Assembly: GCA_036794585.1 (NCBI GenBank)
Contig: DAIRGH010000001.1
Span: 6,964 to 70,963, forward strand
Source: Solirubrobacterales bacterium
GTDB taxonomy: Bacteria; Actinomycetota; Thermoleophilia; Solirubrobacterales; 70-9
Reading direction: 5' to 3'
Length of the DNA: 64,000 nt
Both the position numbers and the translations under genes were made by a program. Of the stretch, positions 24,508-32,874 are shown piece by piece. The notes under the pieces were generated by a model. It was not told the origin of the DNA and searched no databases. It saw nothing but the letters and a program-made list of their open reading frames with translations. The first letter of the stretch is position 1. The number at the start of each line of letters is the position of its first letter.

Positions 24508-26427
24508 TTAGTCCGGAATGCCGCCGGTGGCGGAGTCTTGGGAGACGAGAAGCTCCCGCGAGTCGCCGCCCTCGATCCAGTGGTAATGCCAGAGTGCGAA
24601 GTTGAGCAAGACCCACAGCTCAAAGCCGCGGCGTGGGGTAACGGGTGCGTCCAGGAGGGCGGTGGTGACGGTCGGATCGAAAATCTCAGATATGCCCGGC
24701 CGTAGGAGGGACGCACGGAGCGCCGGTTGCAGGCTCTGCGACCAACGCTCCACTGGCGCGGCGAAGCCCTGCTTGCGCCGCCCGAGCACCCAATCGGGGA
24801 CGATTCCTCTGAGAGCCGTCTTGAGGATGTGCTTCCCCTGTCCCTGGGCAAGCTGGAGCTCCGGAGGGAGCCGCGTGACAAACTCGACCAGGTCGCGATC
24901 CAGGAACGGGACGCGGGCCTCGACGGAATGGGCCATCGTCATCTTGTCGACACGCATCAGCAAGAGCTCCGGCAGCCGCTGCGTCAGTTCGTGGTAAAGG
25001 GCCAAACGGACAGCTTCTGATGCCGTGCCTGCCGAACCAAAGCTGGCCCGGAGATACTCATGGCCGGATTCCTCGATCGATCGAGACATGAGTAGACGCG
25101 CCTTTAGTCGCTCCGACAGCCCGGCGATCCCATGGGCCGGAGGGACGCCGTGACGGACAGCCTCGCGCATGAACTCGGCGCGTATGTCCCCGAGCATCGG
25201 TCGCATCAGCGTCACGGCGGCTGACAACGCACGCGTCGGCAGCAGGGTGTTGGCAGTGCGAAGCGCTCGTTCGCCGCGCAGGACCTGTGCTAGCACCGGG
25301 TAACCCAAGAACAGCTCATCGCTGCCCTCCCCTACCTCGACCACCTTCACGTTGAGCTCGCGGGTGAGACGGGCCAGGGCCAGCAGCGGTACACAAACCG
25401 GATCTGCCAGCGGCTCGTCCTGATGGTGAATTACCTCGGGCAAGTTCGCGATGACGTCGCGGTCTGTCAGGACCACAGAATGGTGGTCTAGGCCGAAAGC
25501 GTCTGCCACCCTTCGCGCATGGCCTAGTTCGTCGATCGCTGGCTCGTCCTGGAAGGCGACGGAGAATGTCGGCACCGGGCGATCGGAGTGTTCTGCCATG
25601 AGCGCGGTGATCGCAGAGGAGTCGACTCCGCCACTTAGATATACGCCGACGGGAACATCAGCCATGAGCCGCTTCTCGACGGCGCATCGCACGAGGCGTC
25701 GGACCTCTTCGGCCGCTTGGCGTTCGTCGACATCGACGGCGGGTTCCAACGTTGGCGTCCACCAACGCCCGGTTACCAGCTCGTGTTCTACGGACCAGAT
25801 CCCGTACCCACCGGCCGGTAACTTCGCTATGCCCGCGAACAGCGTGCGCGGCGCGGGTACCACAAGGAAGCTCAGGTAGTGGCTGAGGGCCTCGCGATCG
25901 AGGGTCCGTGTGACCTCAGACAGCTCGAATAGCGCCTTGATCTCGGAAGCGACAGCTACACCGCCACCCTCCAGCGAGGTGAAGTAGACCGGCTTCTTTC
26001 CCATCCGGTCCCGCGCCAAGAACAGCCGTCGTCGCGATTTGTCCCAAACAACGAATCCGAAGAAGCCGTCGAGTCGCTCCAAGCAGGCAGGGCCCCAGGT
26101 CGCGAATGCGGCCAAGACGACTTCCGTGTCGCACCGGGTGGAGAACGAATAACCCAGCCGCTCGAGCTCCGAACGCAACGCCGCATGGTTGTAGATCTCA
26201 CCGTTGAAGCAAAGGACGAACGATTCGTCCGGTGTGGACATCGGCTGATGGCCGTGGGCGAGGTCGACGATGCTCAGCCGGCGATGTGCGAGCCCAGCAG
26301 TTCCGTCGGCAGAGGTCCAGACCCCCTCGTCATCCGGACCGCGATGCGCGATGACGTTTGCCATCCGCTGCAGCTCATGTTCTGACACCTTTCCATGCGG
26401 CCGCGCGATGGCTGCTATCCCACACAT
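24508..26427 (-). CDS. asparagine synthase (glutamine-hydrolysing) family amidotransferase, copy 1
   Basis: The start was set to the Met giving MCGIAAI (Cys2 nucleophile of Ntn amidotransferases). This ATG shares one base with the TGA of the upstream GT4 gene (TGATG at 26425-26429). The PP-loop motif is VGVYLSGGVDSSAI. Confidence 0.9.
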   Translation of the reverse strand: MCGIAAIARPHGKVSEHELQRMANVIAHRGPDDEGVWTSADGTAGLAHRRLSIVDLAHGHQPMSTPDESFVLCFNGEIYNHAALRSELERLGYSFSTRCDTEVVLAAFATWGPACLERLDGFFGFVVWDKSRRRLFLARDRMGKKPVYFTSLEGGGVAVASEIKALFELSEVTRTLDREALSHYLSFLVVPAPRTLFAGIAKLPAGGYGIWSVEHELVTGRWWTPTLEPAVDVDERQAAEEVRRLVRCAVEKRLMADVPVGVYLSGGVDSSAITALMAEHSDRPVPTFSVAFQDEPAIDELGHARRVADAFGLDHHSVVLTDRDVIANLPEVIHHQDEPLADPVCVPLLALARLTRELNVKVVEVGEGSDELFLGYPVLAQVLRGERALRTANTLLPTRALSAAVTLMRPMLGDIRAEFMREAVRHGVPPAHGIAGLSERLKARLLMSRSIEESGHEYLRASFGSAGTASEAVRLALYHELTQRLPELLLMRVDKMTMAHSVEARVPFLDRDLVEFVTRLPPELQLAQGQGKHILKTALRGIVPDWVLGRRKQGFAAPVERWSQSLQPALRASLLRPGISEIFDPTVTTALLDAPVTPRRGFELWVLLNFALWHYHWIEGGDSRELLVSQDSATGGIPD

Positions 26428-28088
26428 CAGTCTGCCCGTTCGGCGAAGGCATCGATGACGGCGGTTGCGTTTCGTCGCCAACTGTGTCGCGCGATGGCGT
26501 CGCGTCGTGCTTCCCTGCCGAGTCGAGTTCTGAGGTCCGCCTCGCTTAGCGCACGGTCGAGCGCGGCGGTGAGTTCGGAGGGGTCGCCGGGCGTCACCAG
26601 GAGGCCGGACCGCTCGTCGTCAAGGACCTCACCGATCTGAGCCATGCGGCTGGCGACGATGGCTCTACCTGCCGCCATGTACTCGAATAACTTTGTCGGC
26701 GAGCCGAAGAACTCGTCGCCGTCCGGCATCGGCACGTGTGGTGAAACCAGTACGTCGCATGCATCCAAGTAAGCCGGGACATGCGTCGGTGGGGCCCGTC
26801 CCACATCGACGGTCTGCGGGAGTACACCACTGGCTCGGAGCTTCTGCAGCACGACACCCTTCTCTGGACCGTCGCCGACCAGCAGGAGGCGTGCCTCTGG
26901 GCGGCGAATGGCCAAGGCCCCGAATGCGTCAGCCAACACCGAAGCGCCATGCCAAGGACCGAAGCTCCCGATGAATCCTATGAGTTTCGAGTCTTCGCCC
27001 ACGCCCAGACGCGTACGCACGGAGTCGCCGCCGAAACCAAAACGCGAGTGGTCAACGCCGTTCGGGTTAACCACAATCCGCTCGCCATCGACGCCGCGCG
27101 CCAAAAGGTTCGCCCGCTCGGCCTCCGAGACGACAAAGATGATTGCCGCCGCGCGCAGCGACGCCTCCTCGCAGGCCCTCAAGTGGCTGCGAAGCGGAGT
27201 GGGCTGCCAGTGCCGCCGAAAGAACTCCTCGCTTCCGTTGTACTCGAGCAGGAGGGGCCGACCTGCAGCTCGAGCGATCATCGCACCAGCCATCGAAAAC
27301 CGTGCGTGGCGCTGGTAGATGGCGTCCGATCGCTGCGCGTCGATTAGTGCCGTCCGCAACAGCGCGAGGTCCACTCCGGGTCCGACCGATGCTGGAAGTG
27401 CACGGAACAGGCGGGACGCCTCGACAACAGACCACTCGCAGGGCGGATCCGGCTCGGCGGCTGCAGTGCGCGCAATTGCGACGTCGGTCGTGTGCGGGGC
27501 GACCGAGACGCCCTGCGCCGTCAAGGCGCGGATCACCTCGTGCGTGTGCGTGACCGCGCCGCCGACGCCTGAGCCGGTACCAACCATAGGGCGCAGGTAT
27601 GTGAGACAGTTGAGCGATCCGCGCGGCTGAGTCGGGGCCAGCGGGAGCTCCGCGACGGCTCGATGCATGCCTACGGCAATAAGGCTCCCCCCGAGCTGGG
27701 CAATGGCCAACGGTCCATGTGTCGCAAGAAAACGCCAACGAGGGCACTGACGAACGCGATGCGTGGACGTGTCGATTTGGATGACAGTGTTGGCCCGCGT
27801 CCTCGCCGCGATCATCGAAGTCAAGAACGCGCCGACCTCATTCTCGGGAGGGGCGCCGACAACTGCGAGCGAGTCCACTGGGGCCCGTGATTGTTCGCGG
27901 AGAAGTTGGCGCGCGTCGGCGGCTCGCAGGCTGCGCCACTGCCGCCCCGGTCTGATCGCAGATAGGAGTTCATCCGCGTCCCTAGCACCAAGCTGTAGGA
28001 GCAGTTGTTCGCCTGGTGCACTCAACGGGCGGCGGCTGACCATTAGGTCGGCGTGGTCGCTGGGTCGACTTGAAGCAGAAACATGCAC
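26427..28088 (-). CDS. family 4 glycosyltransferase (GT-B) with a ~170-aa N-terminal extension, copy 1
   Basis: IGFIGSFGPWHGASVLADAF, LLLVGDGPEK, and FFGSPTKLFEYMAAGRAIVASR (E-x7-E region). Paralogue of 29363-30976. Confidence 0.85.
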   Translation of the reverse strand: MHVSASSRPSDHADLMVSRRPLSAPGEQLLLQLGARDADELLSAIRPGRQWRSLRAADARQLLREQSRAPVDSLAVVGAPPENEVGAFLTSMIAARTRANTVIQIDTSTHRVRQCPRWRFLATHGPLAIAQLGGSLIAVGMHRAVAELPLAPTQPRGSLNCLTYLRPMVGTGSGVGGAVTHTHEVIRALTAQGVSVAPHTTDVAIARTAAAEPDPPCEWSVVEASRLFRALPASVGPGVDLALLRTALIDAQRSDAIYQRHARFSMAGAMIARAAGRPLLLEYNGSEEFFRRHWQPTPLRSHLRACEEASLRAAAIIFVVSEAERANLLARGVDGERIVVNPNGVDHSRFGFGGDSVRTRLGVGEDSKLIGFIGSFGPWHGASVLADAFGALAIRRPEARLLLVGDGPEKGVVLQKLRASGVLPQTVDVGRAPPTHVPAYLDACDVLVSPHVPMPDGDEFFGSPTKLFEYMAAGRAIVASRMAQIGEVLDDERSGLLVTPGDPSELTAALDRALSEADLRTRLGREARRDAIARHSWRRNATAVIDAFAERAD

Positions 28089-28395
28089 TGGTAAAGCTCC
28101 GAAGGAAGTATCCAGAGAGCGACGTCACCCGGGACCAAGGTCGCTGCGCGCGAACTCAGCACTCGGCAGCCGGAGTGTGGCGGGCCGACTCGCGTCGGCT
28201 AACAAACGAATGGAGCATGAGTAATGCTCGGTAATCTAGGGATTGCGATGACCGTCTCGAACAACCCGAAAGCGGCTGCTATGCGTCAGTGGACCGCCGA
28301 TCCCTGTGACTCTGGGCACTCCGACGACGAGTTAGGCAGCGTCGAATACTGGTACCTGGTCGGGATAGGCTGCCGGCGGTGAACGCCGCGGCCCG

Positions 28396-29376
28396 TTGAT
28401 GGAAACCAACGACCCGGGAATCGCGGCTCTGCGGGCGATGGCGCAAGGTCCGCAGGATCCTGAGCCGCCACGCAAGAGCCGAGTCGTCGATCTCCTGATG
28501 AGTGTCTCCGCATTGCGGAAGGGAGGACGACCCTACTCACCCCACCACCAACCCGAAGCCGAGGACGAGGAAAAGGTGCGGTGGGAATTCCAGGACGCCG
28601 ACGCGCTATGGCGCATGGCAGGCGACCGTGTCCACCCCGACCTGCTCACGGGGAAGAACGTGCTCGATGTAGGTTGCGGCTGGGGAGGCAAGGCAATCAC
28701 GTTCGCCAAGGAGTTCAAGCCGGCACGGGTCGTGGGTTTCGATCTTCCGGGCGTGTTCGACCCCGCGGTGCCTGAGGTCATGGCGGAACGCCTCGGAGTA
28801 TCCAACTGCGAGTTCACTGTTGGCCGCGCCGAGAGAATGCCGTTCGAGGATCACGTATTCGATGTCGCGCTAATCGACGACGTGCTTGAGCACGTCGAGG
28901 ATCCGGCGACTGTGCTCAAGGAGTGTCGCCGGGTTATCCGTCCTGGCGGCACCGTGATCGCCAAGCTCCCCTCGATTCGGATGGTCGGGGCACATCACTT
29001 CGACCGCTGCCTGAGAGTACCGGGCCTTCATTACGTAATGCCGATGAGGACCTGGGCCGCCGGATTCAACCACTATCTGCTCGCCAACCCGAACGGAAAG
29101 CGATTCGAGCCCTTCAGCCGCGTCGTCGACACGCCATTTCGACGAGGTGTGACGTCGAATCTCAACGGTATGGACCTGGACGCATTGGGCGCCGTCGTAC
29201 GTCAGTCAGGCTTGAAGCCGAAGGTCCTCGACCTGGCTCCCTATCCCTCGAGCGCGTTCACCAGCCGGATGGGGGCGCGCTTCGGGCGCGTCGCACACTG
29301 GTGCTATCTCGCACTGCGGCGCGGGCCGTTTCGCGAGCCGCTGAGCTTGGCGATGATCCTCGTTGCCGAGGCCTAA
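28396..29376 (+). CDS. class I SAM-dependent methyltransferase
   Basis: Motif I VLDVGCGWGGKAITFA, FDVALIDDVLEHV and GGTVIAKLP. The N-terminal ~70 aa are low-information, so the start is uncertain (see the orphan ORF at 28248-28382). Confidence 0.8.
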   Translation: MMETNDPGIAALRAMAQGPQDPEPPRKSRVVDLLMSVSALRKGGRPYSPHHQPEAEDEEKVRWEFQDADALWRMAGDRVHPDLLTGKNVLDVGCGWGGKAITFAKEFKPARVVGFDLPGVFDPAVPEVMAERLGVSNCEFTVGRAERMPFEDHVFDVALIDDVLEHVEDPATVLKECRRVIRPGGTVIAKLPSIRMVGAHHFDRCLRVPGLHYVMPMRTWAAGFNHYLLANPNGKRFEPFSRVVDTPFRRGVTSNLNGMDLDALGAVVRQSGLKPKVLDLAPYPSSAFTSRMGARFGRVAHWCYLALRRGPFREPLSLAMILVAEA

Positions 29377-30976
29377 GCGTCGAAGCCCGACGGGCGCAGA
29401 CACGCTGATTGTCGCTGCGTCCGGCCGTTCGGAGGCCGACCGGTGGGCACGCGATGAGCTTCCTTCTGCTCGGGTGGTGACGAAAGCGGAGGTGAACGGG
29501 TTGCGCGGGTTGCGTCAGATGGTGGTGGACGGCAACTATCAGCAGGTGGTCGTTCACACTTCGGGATGGATTAACCAGCTCAACCCTCAGCTGTTTCTGG
29601 GATTGTTGGCGGCGACGCCCGCGGAGGTTCGTGCTATCGCCGACGATCGGACTGGCCGAATCACGCGGTTTCAACGCCCACGGTTGGTCGCGCGAAGCGC
29701 AGCGGGGGCGCTCGGCGCACCCGTCGGGATCGCTGAGGCGGGGATCGAGCTCATTCCCAGACGACCGCGGTCCGCACGCGGACCGAGCCAGAAAACCCAA
29801 CCGGCAGTACTGGCGATCTGGCCTGGACCCGCCGAGGTGACCGTCGGCGGCTCCGTCACCCACATGAGCGGAATCTTGTCCGGCTATCGGGAGCACGGGC
29901 TTAGCGTCGGTGTAGTGGCTCTTGCCACCCTGCCCCCGCAAATCGCAGCCGTCGTCGATGAGGTCGAAATCGTCCGCCCGTTGCGCGAGCGGCATCGCAC
30001 AACCGCCCAGATCGCTGCCCTGACCGCCAACCATCGGCTGCGCGATGCCGCGGGGCGTCTGGCTCAGCGCCTGCCGCCCACCTTCGTACACCAGCGCCAC
30101 AGCGGATTCCTGCACGCAGGGGTCGACGTCGGGCGCTCGCTCGGCGTGCCGGTTGTGCTCGAATGGAACTCGTCAGAGCGGTGGACACGAAAGCATTGGA
30201 CGAGAGCCCGCATCGGCGGGAGGCTGTTCGATCCCTTCCTCCCGGCTCACGAGCGACGCGTCCTCCGGCACGCAGATGTCGTAGCGGCGGTCTCCCCGTT
30301 CGCAAGAGAGATGGCAATCGAAGCGGGGGCTTCTCCCGGCCGGGTGATTGTCGTACCCAACGGCGTCGATCCCGCGCAGGTGGCTGCAGCACGTTCTCTG
30401 AGGGTGGATCGTTCGACCCCTCATCCGACCATCGGATGGGTGGGCTCCTTTGGGCCCTGGCATGGCGCCGATCTGCTGGTCCATGCGTTATTGCACCTCC
30501 CTGCCGACGTTCGACTCCTGATGATCGGTGACGGGTCGGGTCGCGCGGCCTGTGAGGATCTCGCTCGAAAGCTGGGTGTGCACGAGCGAGTCGAGTGGCC
30601 GGGAACCCTCGCCCATGAACACGTGTTGCAGCGGCTTGTCCGTTGCGCCGTGCTCGCCTCCCCCCAGAGGGACACGGGGGATCGTCCGTTCTTTGGGTCA
30701 CCTACGAAGCTCTTCGAGTTCCTCGCGCTGGGGCGCCCGGTCGTCGCCACGCGCGTAGGAGCGGTCCCTCAGTTCATTGACAACGGAAGGACGGGCTTGC
30801 TCGTCGACCCGGATGATCCGCGAGCCCTTGCGGAAGGCCTCGATCGCATCCTGAACGACGCTGCGCTCGGCGACCGGCTGGCTTCCGCGGCGCACAAAGA
30901 CGCTGCCGACCACCACACCTGGCGGCAACGAGCCACCTTGATTCTTCGGCGATTAGGCGACCCGTGTGCGGGATAG
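29363..30976 (+). CDS. family 4 glycosyltransferase (GT-B) with a ~180-aa N-terminal extension, copy 2
   Basis: IGWVGSFGPWHGADLLVHAL, LLMIGDGSGR and FFGSPTKLFEFLALGRPVVATR. The TTG start at 29363 is uncertain. Confidence 0.85.
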   Translation: MPRPKRRSPTGADTLIVAASGRSEADRWARDELPSARVVTKAEVNGLRGLRQMVVDGNYQQVVVHTSGWINQLNPQLFLGLLAATPAEVRAIADDRTGRITRFQRPRLVARSAAGALGAPVGIAEAGIELIPRRPRSARGPSQKTQPAVLAIWPGPAEVTVGGSVTHMSGILSGYREHGLSVGVVALATLPPQIAAVVDEVEIVRPLRERHRTTAQIAALTANHRLRDAAGRLAQRLPPTFVHQRHSGFLHAGVDVGRSLGVPVVLEWNSSERWTRKHWTRARIGGRLFDPFLPAHERRVLRHADVVAAVSPFAREMAIEAGASPGRVIVVPNGVDPAQVAAARSLRVDRSTPHPTIGWVGSFGPWHGADLLVHALLHLPADVRLLMIGDGSGRAACEDLARKLGVHERVEWPGTLAHEHVLQRLVRCAVLASPQRDTGDRPFFGSPTKLFEFLALGRPVVATRVGAVPQFIDNGRTGLLVDPDDPRALAEGLDRILNDAALGDRLASAAHKDAADHHTWRQRATLILRRLGDPCAG

Positions 30977-32874
30977 CTGGGATATTCCATTTCTCGAGTG
31001 CTGCCGGCGTCGCGGTGGACGAGCTCGAGGCGATGGGCGAGATGCTCGCTCACCGCGGGCCTGACGACGACGGTTGGTTCGTCGGTTCAGACGGACGCGT
31101 CGGCTTGGCCCACCGTCGGCTCGCGATCGTCGACCCGCAGGCTGGCCAACAACCGTTCCATGGAACCAGCGGAACCGTCCTGGTTTTCAATGGCGAGATC
31201 TACAACTATCCGCGGCTACGACGCGACGTTGAGCGTGACGGCATATCCCTGACCACCCATTGCGACACCGAGATCGTTTCGGTGCTCTACGAACGCCATG
31301 GGGCCGAGATGGTGACGATGCTCGATGGCATGTTCGCGCTCGCAATTTGGGACCCTCACAAGAGGCGACTATTCGTTGCTCGTGATCGCCTTGGCGAGAA
31401 GCCCCTCTACTGGACGGACCACGGAGGTGTCCTGCGATTCGCTTCTGAAATCAAGGCTCTGTTCGCCGCAGGCACCCTCCAACCGGAGGTCGACGAGTCA
31501 GCCGTGCCATCGTACTTTGCCGATCTGGTCACGACGGCGCCCCGGACGCTCTTCCAAGGCGTCTCGAAGCTGCCCCCCGGCTGTGCCGCGGTATGCGACG
31601 CGCGCGGCATGCGGCCTTACCAGTATTGGTCTGTGCAGGACCTGCGATCGTGGGAGCACCCGTCGCCGCCGGATGCCACTGCGCGAATCCGCGATCTCCT
31701 GACCGATTCGATTCACGACAGGCTGCTTGGAGACGTGCCGATGGGGGTCTTGCTGAGTGGGGGACTCGATTCAACCACCGTTCTGGCCCTGCTGGCGGAG
31801 CGAGCCACCGAGCTCATGTCGTTCTCGGTGGGGTTTCCCGAGCACCCTGCGCTCGACGAGCGCGCCGAGGCGCGCGCTGTGGCACACCATTTCGGCGTGG
31901 ATCACGCGGAAATTAGCGTCTCCGAGCGAGACGCGATCGACTTCCTCCCAGATCTCATCTATCACCAGGACGAGCCACTCGGCGACCCCGTCTGCATCCC
32001 GCTGCACTTCGTCTGCAAACTCGCACGCGCTCACGGCGTCAAGGTGGTCCTCGCCGGTGAAGGGGCCGACGAGCTGTTCTGGGGCTATCCCGACTACGTC
32101 GAAGGCCTCAGGAGGATGCGCTGGATCGCGCCGCTGTTGGCGCTCCCCGAATTCGGCCGCCGCTGGGCGGCGGCGCTCGTCGCGATGTACCCCCGGTCTC
32201 ACATCAGTCAGCTCGCACCGGGGATCGCGGCCGGCCGTCTGCGCCCGATGCACTCTTCGGTGGGTATGACAGGCCCCGATCGCAGACGGCTCCTCCGAAT
32301 GCAAGAGAACTGGGCCGCGACAAGACCGCCGACCGCCGACGTGGTGCATCGCGGCGTTGACCTCCTCGCTCTTGATACTCAGGAATTCGAGTTCGGCGTC
32401 AGGCTGCCTGAGCTACTCCTGATGCGAATCGATCGCTTCTCGATGGCCAACGGCGTGGAGGCTCGTGTTCCGTTCTTGTCTCCAAGGCTGGTGGAGTACG
32501 TGTATCGCCTCCCGCTCGAGTTCAAGATCGACGCCCAGACGACAAAGATCGCCCTGCGCGAGGCGGTCGCGGGTTCAGTGCCGCGCTGGGTCCTGGAGCG
32601 TCCCAAGCGCGGATTTGGCGCCCCGGTATCGGCCTGGCTCCTAGGCTACATGGGGACCGTCCTCGATCAGCTCGTTGCTGGCGAGGGTGCGCGTCGTTAC
32701 TTTGACGTGGACTTTCTTAGGGAAGCAGTCCTCGCCGATCGCGCGGGCCGCGGAACTAGTGGGCCCAGGATCTGGCCGATCCTCAACTTCCTGCTCTGGC
32801 ACCGTCTATGGATCGAGGGTGAGCCGTTGGAGCCACTGCTCGCGCCGTTAGCGGCGCCGGCGAGATCAGGCTGA
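30964..32874 (+). CDS. asparagine synthase (glutamine-hydrolysing) family amidotransferase, copy 2
   Basis: The GTG start gives MCGIAGIFHF. The PP-loop is MGVLLSGGLDSTTV. It overlaps the end of the upstream GT4 gene by 13 nt. Confidence 0.9.
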   Translation: MCGIAGIFHFSSAAGVAVDELEAMGEMLAHRGPDDDGWFVGSDGRVGLAHRRLAIVDPQAGQQPFHGTSGTVLVFNGEIYNYPRLRRDVERDGISLTTHCDTEIVSVLYERHGAEMVTMLDGMFALAIWDPHKRRLFVARDRLGEKPLYWTDHGGVLRFASEIKALFAAGTLQPEVDESAVPSYFADLVTTAPRTLFQGVSKLPPGCAAVCDARGMRPYQYWSVQDLRSWEHPSPPDATARIRDLLTDSIHDRLLGDVPMGVLLSGGLDSTTVLALLAERATELMSFSVGFPEHPALDERAEARAVAHHFGVDHAEISVSERDAIDFLPDLIYHQDEPLGDPVCIPLHFVCKLARAHGVKVVLAGEGADELFWGYPDYVEGLRRMRWIAPLLALPEFGRRWAAALVAMYPRSHISQLAPGIAAGRLRPMHSSVGMTGPDRRRLLRMQENWAATRPPTADVVHRGVDLLALDTQEFEFGVRLPELLLMRIDRFSMANGVEARVPFLSPRLVEYVYRLPLEFKIDAQTTKIALREAVAGSVPRWVLERPKRGFGAPVSAWLLGYMGTVLDQLVAGEGARRYFDVDFLREAVLADRAGRGTSGPRIWPILNFLLWHRLWIEGEPLEPLLAPLAAPARSG

